The position numbers were made by a program, and so were the translations under genes. A stretch of DNA of 52,168 nucleotides. Source: an uncultured Candidatus Saccharibacteria bacterium (GTDB lineage Bacteria; Patescibacteriota; Minisyncoccia; Phycocordibacterales; UBA9973). Where the stretch lies: the NCBI GenBank assembly GCA_964456475.1, contig CAYVZI010000002.1:52659-104826 (forward strand), read 5' to 3'. Under the pieces are notes generated by a model. It saw only the letters and a list, made by a program, of their open reading frames with translations. It had not been told where the DNA came from and did no database searches. This document shows positions 29,681 to 37,857 of the stretch, one piece after another. Position 1 is the first letter of the stretch; the number at the start of each line of letters is the position of its first letter.

Positions 29681-29707
29681 ATCTAAACGGCTGGCTGGTC
29701 GTTTACC

Positions 29708-31237
29708 ATGTCTACATTTACTATATTGCTGATTGCAGCAGGCGCCCTCGTAGCGGGTCTTTTTTGCGGATACTATCTCCGCAAGATCACCGCGCTTGGA
29801 CAGCGTCGCTCAATCGAAATCGACATCAAACAGATGTTGGTTGGTGCCAAAGAAGAAGCGGCTCGCATCACTGATGAAGCCAAGAAAAAAGCTGAGGAAA
29901 CCGAATCTGACCTTCGTATGATGGAACGTCAGAAGAACGAAGACTTCAAAAAGACGGAAGATCGCTTGATTAAAAAGGAAGAATTGCTCGATGCTCGTCA
30001 AACCGAAATCGACAAGGAAACCGAGCTCCAAAAGATGAAGATCGAGGAGATCAAGAAGATCAAAGAAAAGGGCGACGCCATGCTCGCAGAGCGTGTTGCC
30101 ACACTCGAAAAAGTAGCTGGTCTTTCACGTGAAGACGCAAAAAACGAACTCGTTCGCGAAATCGAACGCGAGTCTGAAGAAGACCTCATGATTCGCATGC
30201 AGAAGCTTGAGCAAAATTCTCAAGAACGCATGGATCGCCGTGCAAAGGATATCCTTGCAACCTCTATCCAGCGTCTCGCCTCTTCGACTGCAGCTGAGAT
30301 TATGACGACCAACGTCGCCATCCCATCTGACGACATCAAGGGCAAGATCATTGGAAAGGAAGGACGCAACATTCGCGCATTCGAACGCGCAGCCGGTGTT
30401 GAACTCATCGTCGATGAAACTCCTGGAGTCATCATCATTTCAGCCTTTGATCCTGTACGCCGACAAATCGCTCGCGTCGCTCTTGAGAATCTCATTCTCG
30501 ATGGACGCATTCAGCCAGCCAAAATCGAAGAAGTGGTAGAAAAAGCCAAGGAAGACATCAATAAGATCATCAAAGAAAAGGGTGAGCAGGCAGTGTACGA
30601 ATGTGGAATCTTCAATTTCGACCCACGCATCATCGCCATCTTGGGACGCCTCTACTTCCGCACATCATACGGACAAAACGTGCTTCAGCACTCAATCGAG
30701 ATGACACACATTGCCGGAATGATTGCCGAAGAGCTCGGTGCCGACGTTGCAATCGCCAAGCAAGGTGCACTCGTACACGACATCGGAAAAGCGCTCGACC
30801 ATGAAGTACAAGGTACGCACATCGATATCGGTATCCGCATCCTCCAGAAATTCGGTGCTGATCCTCGTGTGATTCAAGCAATGAAATCTCACCACGACGA
30901 CTGTCCACATGAAACAATCGAAGCCGTAATCGTGCAGACTGCCGACAATATTTCCGGCGGACGCCCAGGTGCACGACGCGACAGTGTTGAGAACTACCTC
31001 AAGCGCTTGCACGAAATGGAAGCACTCGTAAACGCTTTCCCAAATATCGACAAGTCATACGCGCTCTCTGCCGGCCGTGAAATCCGCATCTTCGTCACTC
31101 CAGAAAAAGTCACCGATGTCGAAGCAAAAGAAATGGCCCGTGAGATAGCGAAGAAAATGGAAACTGAACTCAAGTACCCAGGCGAAATCAAAGTGACGAT
31201 GATAAGAGAGACTCGAATCATCGAGTACGCCCGTTAG
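29708..31237 (+). CDS. rny: Ribonuclease Y
   Basis: N-terminal TM, coiled coil, KH domain (GKIIGKEGRNIR), HD domain (LVHDIGKA), YPGEIKVTMIRETR. Confidence 0.98.
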   Translation: MSTFTILLIAAGALVAGLFCGYYLRKITALGQRRSIEIDIKQMLVGAKEEAARITDEAKKKAEETESDLRMMERQKNEDFKKTEDRLIKKEELLDARQTEIDKETELQKMKIEEIKKIKEKGDAMLAERVATLEKVAGLSREDAKNELVREIERESEEDLMIRMQKLEQNSQERMDRRAKDILATSIQRLASSTAAEIMTTNVAIPSDDIKGKIIGKEGRNIRAFERAAGVELIVDETPGVIIISAFDPVRRQIARVALENLILDGRIQPAKIEEVVEKAKEDINKIIKEKGEQAVYECGIFNFDPRIIAILGRLYFRTSYGQNVLQHSIEMTHIAGMIAEELGADVAIAKQGALVHDIGKALDHEVQGTHIDIGIRILQKFGADPRVIQAMKSHHDDCPHETIEAVIVQTADNISGGRPGARRDSVENYLKRLHEMEALVNAFPNIDKSYALSAGREIRIFVTPEKVTDVEAKEMAREIAKKMETELKYPGEIKVTMIRETRIIEYAR

Positions 31238-31356
31238 TCTCTTCAGACATTACAAAAGACGCCCAATAGCATTAGGGGCGGCTTTTGTGATATTAAAAAA
31301 GCACACTCTTTATTTTAAGGTGTGCTTTTGTGAACAATTTTATGTTTCTCTTAATC

Positions 31357-31794
31357 TTATTTTCTATACAATGCTATCCTTGCTCCTTTACGAAATCCAT
31401 CTGGTGCTGAGATTCTTGTTATTTCAGAAGCTTTTCCGTCATTGTGGAATTTATAAAAACACATGCAACGAACGTCCATTCCGCGAAACCCCCTGCCATG
31501 ATCGCAATACAACAGACTTCCAATAAAATGGATGTACTCATCTGTATTTTTTGCATTAGCTGGAATTTCTTCTGGATGATTCATCAGGAAATCATAAACG
31601 GTTGCATTCAAAGGAATTTTTTCCTTTTGCATCTCTAAATATTTCACAAGATCATCCCAACTTGTATCCTCTTTGCATACATATAATTCAAAGTTTTGGG
31701 AATTCCACTCGATTACCCCATGTTTATCATGACTAAATAACATATCATTTGTGCGAAGATTCGGTACTTCATTGGTATTGATTATGTGTTTCAT
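31357..31794 (-). CDS. Hypothetical protein, array 2 ORF3
   Basis: 145 aa; PLNATVYDFLMNHPEEIP..IHFIGS resembles a recurrent uncharacterised CPR family (from memory, unverified). Confidence 0.7.
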   Translation of the reverse strand: MKHIINTNEVPNLRTNDMLFSHDKHGVIEWNSQNFELYVCKEDTSWDDLVKYLEMQKEKIPLNATVYDFLMNHPEEIPANAKNTDEYIHFIGSLLYCDHGRGFRGMDVRCMCFYKFHNDGKASEITRISAPDGFRKGARIALYRK

Positions 31795-31800
31795 ATATTT

Positions 31801-31855
31801 GTTTTAAAAGGTTACCCAAATTTCCCAGAGAGAATCTCGGGTAACCTTTTAAAAC
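31801..31855. repeat. Long palindrome directly upstream of ORF 31794 start
   Basis: gttttaaaaggttaccc/gggtaaccttttaaaac, 17-bp perfect arms. Confidence 0.8.
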
Positions 31856-31870
31856 TTTGGAAAAGAGCTT

Positions 31871-31920
31871 CTGTTTCGTCCTTTTGGACTCATCAGGCAA
31901 AGCAGTTCACTTTGCGACAG
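31871..31920 (-). ncRNA. Type III hammerhead ribozyme HHR-1
   Basis: Minus strand: CUGUC^GCAAAG-UGAACUG-CUUUGC-CUGAUGA-GUCC-AAAA-GGAC-GAAA-CAG; full core, three stems, GUC cleavage triplet. Confidence 0.93.
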
Positions 31921-32015
31921 TGCGGTAGAATTATCTCCACCGCTTTTATGTTAGGCACGTTTACGAAAGGCTGTGTCCATTTACCTTTTGCTCTGTCCCC
32001 AAGAGCCGGGCATCT

Positions 32016-32414
32016 TTAGGCTTCGACGGCCGTTTTCTGGAATTCAACTTTCTGCAAAAAATCTATCAGGTACTGATCGACAAAACCGGAAGCCCCGTTT
32101 TTGTTTATTGATCCGTCCCAGATGTCGTCTTTTGATTCTGACGTTGAATACAAAAATGTCTTTGCCGTGTCGTTGGCTAATTTCACCCGCAAGGTCAGCT
32201 GAGGGCCCTGCTCTTCCTGGGAAGTCCATGTTTTTCCGAGGACGACCAGGCAATTCTTCTGTCGTTGCGCTTTCAGCACAATTTCCTCGGAATTGCTGGA
32301 GATGAAAATTCTCTCGGCCACTTCCTGAGAAAAATGTGCCGCAACGGCTTGTTTGATCGTGCGGACATCGCTCGCCAAAGTCTGGCCGATAAAAATACAA
32401 GATATGTTCCTCAT
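32016..32414 (-). CDS. Hypothetical protein, possibly a degenerate receiver (CheY-like) fold, array 2 ORF2
   Basis: Start MRNISCIFIG at 32414 (the longer call runs through HHR-2); alternating beta/alpha pattern, GPQL..VK...TFLYS..DG.INK. Confidence 0.6.
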   Translation of the reverse strand: MRNISCIFIGQTLASDVRTIKQAVAAHFSQEVAERIFISSNSEEIVLKAQRQKNCLVVLGKTWTSQEEQGPQLTLRVKLANDTAKTFLYSTSESKDDIWDGSINKNGASGFVDQYLIDFLQKVEFQKTAVEA

Positions 32415-32438
32415 GCTATTAAATTTTTTGAAAGAATT

Positions 32439-32490
32439 ACTGTTTCGCTCTTTTGAGCTCATCAGGAGAAGCAATACACTTCTCGACAGT
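32439..32490 (-). ncRNA. Type III hammerhead ribozyme HHR-2
   Basis: Minus strand: ACUGUC^GAGAAG-UGUAUUG-CUUCUC-CUGAUGA-GCUC-AAAA-GAGC-GAAA-CAGU; compensatory stems relative to HHR-1. Confidence 0.94.
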
Positions 32491-32552
32491 GCCATGATTT
32501 TTTACATGGCCTTGATTTATAAAGCATTTTACGATTAGGCTGCTTCGTTTTC

Positions 32553-32849
32553 CTAGGTTTTGGGTACAACACAAAACATGTGGGCTATCGATCTAGGCTT
32601 GAAACCCGACATCTTCTGGCCGTCAGGCAAAAGCAGAGAAAGCTCCTTTACCTCTACCCATGTAGAACCTATAAATTCAGCGTCTTCAGGGATGTCAGTA
32701 TTTTCTTTTACATACCCTTTTATATGCTTAGCAACAGAACCACCCTCCTGGATGAAAATAACCTCTGATACTTCTCTCACTAGAGTATTTTCTCTCGGAT
32801 CGTTTTCTGTACGTTCGTATACTATGTAGTACCAGTTACCGACACTCAT
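32553..32849 (-). CDS. Hypothetical protein, array 2 ORF1
   Basis: Probable start MSVGNWYYIVYE at 32849. Confidence 0.6.
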   Translation of the reverse strand: MSVGNWYYIVYERTENDPRENTLVREVSEVIFIQEGGSVAKHIKGYVKENTDIPEDAEFIGSTWVEVKELSLLLPDGQKMSGFKPRSIAHMFCVVPKT

Positions 32850-32940
32850 GCTTTCGTTTTTTATGAATGAACAATTTATTTCGTATACATTATGCAATGG
32901 TTTTCCATTTCTGTCATATATGTCGTCATTTATTGAAATA

Positions 32941-32993
32941 TTGACAAAAATTCCATATTTTATATACTATTATTGTTGTCGAAATTTTCGACA
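32941..32993 (+). promoter_or_regulatory. Promoter and palindromic operator of TrmB copy 2
   Basis: TTGACA-N16-TATACT (32941-32968); tgtcgaaa-t-tttcgaca (32977-32993). Confidence 0.65.
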
Positions 32994-32999
32994 TAAAAT

Positions 33000-33743
33000 A
33001 TGAAAAACGAGAAACTATACGGAATATTGAAAGAAATAGGGCTAACCGACGATGAATCGGCTGTGTATTTGGCGAGCCTTTCGCTTGGAATTACGACTGT
33101 GCTCAAAATAGCCAAGGCTACAAACATCAAAAGAACGACAATCTATGGGATTATTGATTCGCTTAAAGAAAAAGGTCTTATGCGCATTGAGCTCAAAGGA
33201 TTAAAACAGCTCTATGCAGTCGAAAGCCCTGAGCGCTTGAATCTCATGCTCGAACGCAAAAAAGACGAGTTTGCAAAAAATCTGCCAGAATTCATGGCTC
33301 TCTATAAACTCGATGGGGGCGAAAGCGTCATCAAGTACTACACTGGCCTTCAGACAATGAAAGATATCTATCGTGACACACTCAAAGAAATAAAACCACA
33401 TCAAGACTATCTTGTAATCGCAAACGAAGAAAAATGGAGAAGCTTGGATCCGGGATTTGCTCTCTCGTATACAGAAGAACGAGCAAAACTACCGATAAAG
33501 ACTCGAATGCTCTTCCAAGACTCCCCTGTTGCACGTGAAGAAAAGAAATTTGAACGCAACTTCAACCACGAAATCAAAATCCTTCCGGAGAGCACCCCGC
33601 TCAACGTCGACACTCTCCTTCTCCCGAACAAACTCATCACATTTGAAATGACCCCGCCGTACATGACGGTAGTGATAGAAAACAAAAGCATCATTGAACT
33701 CCACCGCGAAATGTTCGAGATAATTTGGAAATCAATCAAGTAA
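33000..33743 (+). CDS. TrmB-family HTH transcriptional regulator (copy 2)
   Basis: IGLTDDESAVYLASL, IAKATNIKRTTIYGIIDSLKEKGL, SVIKYYTG. Confidence 0.88.
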   Translation: MKNEKLYGILKEIGLTDDESAVYLASLSLGITTVLKIAKATNIKRTTIYGIIDSLKEKGLMRIELKGLKQLYAVESPERLNLMLERKKDEFAKNLPEFMALYKLDGGESVIKYYTGLQTMKDIYRDTLKEIKPHQDYLVIANEEKWRSLDPGFALSYTEERAKLPIKTRMLFQDSPVAREEKKFERNFNHEIKILPESTPLNVDTLLLPNKLITFEMTPPYMTVVIENKSIIELHREMFEIIWKSIK

Positions 33744-33901
33744 TTCTCTATTTTTGGCACAAAAAAATACCCTTCCGGGTTGTGAGGCGACACCCCTTGT
33801 TCACTCCACGAACCAATGCTCATGAGTTGAATAAAGGGCGAGTGAGTCTGTTTGCGGTTTTGATACCACAAACTTCGCAGTCGCCGATTTTTATTACTTC
33901 T

Positions 33902-34624
33902 TTAATTACAGTTTCCACACCGTCTTTTTTCTCCAAGTCCGAGCCCGATTACAATTTGTCCTATCGGATCCTGTGTATGGTATATAGCACTCTTTTCGTG
34001 AGAGCCTCCATCTCCCCATTTAAATTCGGGGAGAATGTACCATCCATAATTGAAGCCTATATACATCGATCCGAAAGAAACGCGTAGATATGGCCCCAGG
34101 TATTCACGAAATGACATTGCACCAATACCGAGTTTGCTTTTTGTCCCAGGTATCTCTGTACAATATAAGCCCTCAAATACGAAATCGATCCTTTCAAGCT
34201 GGACAGTGACAAACGTAAACATATTCAACCTTCCGTCTTTTGTTTCTACATATGCATATGGAGTAAGCGAAACGTATGGAGAATCATTCACATACGTGAC
34301 CATAAGGCCAACATTTGCGTGTTCTCTGCTGTAAGCAATGCCTGCTCCTGCAATAAGAAGAGTAGAATTATCTACCAGTGCCTTTCTGTGGAAATCGTAT
34401 TCCACTTCAGAAAAAAGTATTTCGATTAATGCAAACCGACGTGCTATTTTCTGTTTTGCAAATCCAAACATTCCCGTATAAGAAGTATTTGCATTTCCAA
34501 TCCCAACAACTTCCAGTGTAAGCTTTTCTCCAGCTTGCTGTGTAGTGTCAAATTTTTTTTCTGCGAAAGCAGAAGGTGTGTGGAACATTCCCACGCCTGC
34601 GAGTGTGAGTAGTAATTTTTTCAT
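33902..34624 (-). CDS. Hypothetical secreted, beta-strand-rich protein
   Basis: Signal peptide MKKLLLTLAGVGMFHTPSAFA; amphipathic strands. Confidence 0.65.
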   Translation of the reverse strand: MKKLLLTLAGVGMFHTPSAFAEKKFDTTQQAGEKLTLEVVGIGNANTSYTGMFGFAKQKIARRFALIEILFSEVEYDFHRKALVDNSTLLIAGAGIAYSREHANVGLMVTYVNDSPYVSLTPYAYVETKDGRLNMFTFVTVQLERIDFVFEGLYCTEIPGTKSKLGIGAMSFREYLGPYLRVSFGSMYIGFNYGWYILPEFKWGDGGSHEKSAIYHTQDPIGQIVIGLGLGEKRRCGNCN

Positions 34625-34760
34625 CTATATGAACTTTTTAAGGTGTATGTTTAATTTTTTTTCGGATTTATTGTAGCATACATATTTTATTTTACAAATC
34701 CAAATATACGCCCTAAAATAACGGTTTTTTGCCATCGACTCCAAAAAAGCCTTGTAATCA

Positions 34761-34788
34761 TTGCATTATTGTCCCCCACAGCTATAAT
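34761..34788 (+). promoter_or_regulatory. Promoter candidate for hup
   Basis: TTGCAT-N16-TATAAT. Confidence 0.55.
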
Positions 34789-34915
34789 ACGCTTAGTTTT
34801 AAGCACTTACCTTAAAACGTATACGTTTACTAGCTCGGTCGAATTTTAGTTTCGTTTTTCTTTTTGCAAGAAGAAAAACGTTAGGAATTTTTGAAAATTA
34901 ATTCCTCTATAGTTT

Positions 34916-35188
34916 ATGAACAAAGCAGCTATCGTAGAGTTGGTTCACGGAAAAATCGGTGGAACCAAAGTGCAAGCTGAAGAAGTCGTGGACGGCATCA
35001 TGGATGCAATCGTCGGAACTCTCAAAAAGGGTGGCGAAGTATCCATCGCAGGCCTCGGAATCTTCTCAGTCAAACAACGTGCAGCCCGTATGGCTCGCAA
35101 TCCAAAGACTGGAGAGCAAGTCAAAGTGGCAGCAATGAAAGTGCCAAAGTTTCGTGCAGCGAAGGCACTCAAAGACGCAGTCAAATAA
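34916..35188 (+). CDS. hup: DNA-binding protein HU
   Basis: MNKAAIVE, GLGIFSVKQRAARMARNPKTGEQV, VPKFRAAKALKDAVK. Confidence 0.97.
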   Translation: MNKAAIVELVHGKIGGTKVQAEEVVDGIMDAIVGTLKKGGEVSIAGLGIFSVKQRAARMARNPKTGEQVKVAAMKVPKFRAAKALKDAVK

Positions 35189-35220
35189 TCTGAAAGATTA
35201 TTTGACCCGTTTCTCAATTC

Positions 35221-35256
35221 AAAAAAGTCCAGTTGCCTATCAGCTGGGCTTTTTTG
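35221..35256 (+). terminator. Intrinsic terminator after hup
   Basis: aaaaaagtccag..ctgggctttttt. Confidence 0.7.
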
Positions 35257-35324
35257 TTGCCTGATCGTGCAGAAATGCTAGAGTTAAGAAAAATAAAACT
35301 ATTTTTCTTTTAAAAATACATATT

Positions 35325-36443
35325 ATGGAACATGCAATAAAGATTCACTTTAATCCCGGCAAGACCGGCCCATTCTATACCGCCGTTTCTCGTGAGGTAT
35401 ACCAATATTTTTCGACCAACAAGATTGACCCCACTGGTAACTTCGCACTTTATGTAAAGACGGCAATACTGCTCACTCTCTTCCCTGTTTTTTACATTGC
35501 CTGGTTGTACTTTCATGATTACTTCTGGCTTTCAGCTGTAATCAATTTTCTTCTCGGCATGGATTTTGCTGGAATTGGATTCTGTGTCATGCACGATGGA
35601 AACCATGGTAGTTACAGTACAGACAAACGAGTAAACAAATTAATGGGACTCACCCTTAATTTACTTGGTGGAATTAATTTCTTCTGGGTAGACAAGCATA
35701 ATGTAAAACATCACACGTATGTGAATGTTGAGGGAAAGGATGAGGATATTTCGTTTGGCAAAGCAATGCGCATGAGTCCGGAACAACCATGGTACTGGTG
35801 GCATCGATATCAGGCTTATTACGTTGTTATTCTATACGGGATATTCTATTTCGGTTGGATATGGCTGCTTGATTTTATCAAATACGTGAAATTCTGCAGG
35901 GCTACGTACAATCCCAAGATGACATTTCATGCTTATTTCAGGAAATACGGAGGTAAACATGCAAATTTTTGGCTCACCAAGATTCAATATGCAACCATAT
36001 GGTTCATATTGCCGACAATCTTGATCGGATGGCAAGCAATGCTTATCGGATACCTCATTCGTGGCGTGACATGCGGAATAATCATAAGTTTTGTGTTTCA
36101 GCTAGCGCACGTCGTCGACGGCACTGCATTCGCCGTACCGGATACGCAAACAGGTAAACTGCCAGATGAATTTGCCGTTCATCACCTAAAAAGCACTAGT
36201 AATTTCTCACGAAAAAACTGGTTTGCAACATGGTTTCTTGGCGGACTCAATTATCAAATTGAACACCACATCTTTCCGGAAATCTCACATGTCCATTATT
36301 CAAAAATAAGCAATATAGTAAAAAAGGTGGCGATGCAATTTAATGAAAAATATAATGAACAACCCACTTTTCTTAGTGCGATTGTTTCCCACTTCCGGCA
36401 TTTACAGACACTCGGTAAAAAGCCAAAGCCTGCATATGCATAA
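35325..36443 (+). CDS. Membrane fatty acid (acyl-CoA) desaturase
   Basis: Three His boxes HDGNH, HNVKHH, QIEHH; several TM helices. Confidence 0.93.
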   Translation: MEHAIKIHFNPGKTGPFYTAVSREVYQYFSTNKIDPTGNFALYVKTAILLTLFPVFYIAWLYFHDYFWLSAVINFLLGMDFAGIGFCVMHDGNHGSYSTDKRVNKLMGLTLNLLGGINFFWVDKHNVKHHTYVNVEGKDEDISFGKAMRMSPEQPWYWWHRYQAYYVVILYGIFYFGWIWLLDFIKYVKFCRATYNPKMTFHAYFRKYGGKHANFWLTKIQYATIWFILPTILIGWQAMLIGYLIRGVTCGIIISFVFQLAHVVDGTAFAVPDTQTGKLPDEFAVHHLKSTSNFSRKNWFATWFLGGLNYQIEHHIFPEISHVHYSKISNIVKKVAMQFNEKYNEQPTFLSAIVSHFRHLQTLGKKPKPAYA

Positions 36444-36504
36444 CAAAACTACAAAGCTTCGGTTTTATACCGAGGCTTTTTTATTTACACCAAGAGAAAC
36501 TGGC

Positions 36505-36788
36505 GAGGCGGTCAGTAATAATTTTTTCGCCGTCGCTAAAAATTTTTCACGACCCTGCCTCGGCAACGACCACTACTGTGGTCGGCTCCGCGCCTACGGC
36601 TTTCGAATCTCCTGTCCCCGCCTAACAAAGAGTGCGGATAAGGGAGTCGGCGATTACATCGCCAGGTACTTTTCTCGTTTTGTAAACAAAAAATAGAAAA
36701 GTCTTTCGACTCTCCTGCGTAACTGAAGCAATTCAGTTACTACCCTGCACAAATGAAAAAGACGGCATAATGCCGTCTTTTTCATTTG
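36505..36788 (-). repeat. tRNA 3'-associated foldback element (tRNA-Gly TCC)
   Basis: Antisense copy of the tRNA T-arm/acceptor split by a hairpin, then AGACTTTTC-N21-GAAAAGTACCTGGCGATGTAATCGCCGA motif shared with 39760-39900. Confidence 0.8.
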
Positions 36789-36859
36789 TGCGGGGTAGGA
36801 GAGTCGAACTCCTCACCACAGTTTGGAAAACTGTTGTTTTACCGATAAACTAACCCCGC
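36789..36859 (-). tRNA. tRNA-Gly(TCC)
   Basis: gcgggg/ccccgc acceptor, acagt-tt-TCC-aa-actgt anticodon arm, ggag-ttcgact-ctcc T-arm. Confidence 0.95.
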
Positions 36860-37081
36860 TTATTAATATAAAGATGAGAACTCTGTCGGAATACAGGGTG
36901 AATGATGGGATGGGACCCATCCTGCAAGACCTTCTTGAGATATTTTATAATAATCTATGAAATATCCAAAAGGTGTACAGATCCTGTAAGGATTCGCCTG
37001 CCCTCTTTCGCAAGCAACCACGGAGACACCCCATGTCTCCGGAGAATCCCTTTTTTAAAAAATAACAAAACAAAACCTCCG

Positions 37082-37152
37082 TCGGGGTGCCGGGAATCGA
37101 ACCCGGCCCTCTTGTTCCCAAAACAAGTATACTACCGATATACTACACCCCG
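37082..37152 (-). tRNA. tRNA-Pro(TGG)
   Basis: cggggtg/caccccg acceptor, cttgt-tt-TGG-ga-acaag, ccggg-ttcgatt-cccgg. Confidence 0.95.
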
Positions 37153-37196
37153 ACGGAACCCTCGTCTACCTGTTATTTTTTAAAAAAGAAATTCTC

Positions 37197-37233
37197 CCCA
37201 AAACAAGTATACTACCGATATACTACGCCCCGA
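37197..37233 (-). pseudogene. Duplicated 5' half of tRNA-Pro
   Basis: 37 bp with 1 mismatch to 37117-37153; breaks at the anticodon loop. Confidence 0.85.
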
Positions 37234-37319
37234 AGACCTCGATAATATAGCAGTATTAAGGCATAAAGACAAATCCAAAATCTTCTGCTATAGTGCGACC
37301 AAACAAAAACCCTTTTAAG

Positions 37320-37820
37320 ATGCCACAGACATACACGATCGAGCATGAACTCGATCAAAAAAAGATACAGTCCCTTCGTGATTCAAATAGACTTATTGAA
37401 TACGAGAACAAGATTGTCCGCTACCGCGGAATTGAGTTCTCAAACGATGATGACATTTCTGACCAGAATAAATTACTCATCTTGCCTGGTCTCATGAGAA
37501 GAGATGAGCGTAGGTCAGAAAATAGGGTGTACATCAACATGCGCAACCCAAAAGCAGCACCGCCAAAATACATTGAAAATGTATTTTACTACAGAGATTC
37601 AAAGTCATTTAGCGAGTCCTCACTCAAACCTAAGGATAATTTTGTTCTTGTACTGGCACGTAGCATACTTTGGTTTGAAGTAGAAAAGTTCAACAGCTCG
37701 CTCGTGAGAAAGCACGAAATCGATAACAGAAGGAGGGATGTACTACTTTTCTTCCCAACAGATAGACTTTTACGGCTAAAATTTGTAGAAAACGTGATTG
37801 AAGAATTTCCATTCAGTTAA
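37320..37820 (+). CDS. Hypothetical protein
   Basis: Open frame of about 166 aa followed by a terminator hairpin at 37828-37855. Confidence 0.6.
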   Translation: MPQTYTIEHELDQKKIQSLRDSNRLIEYENKIVRYRGIEFSNDDDISDQNKLLILPGLMRRDERRSENRVYINMRNPKAAPPKYIENVFYYRDSKSFSESSLKPKDNFVLVLARSILWFEVEKFNSSLVRKHEIDNRRRDVLLFFPTDRLLRLKFVENVIEEFPFS

Positions 37821-37857
37821 AAACTGGAAAAACACCAACAAATTGGTGTTTTTTTAT

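Noticed and set aside
30119-30136. parS-like palindrome in rny (gtctttcacgtgaagac)
   Set aside because: Outer positions deviate from the parS consensus and the site is isolated; likely chance.
32415-32495. Longer start for ORF 32016
   Set aside because: The extension runs through hammerhead HHR-2; ATG 32414 has the A-rich context typical of this genome.
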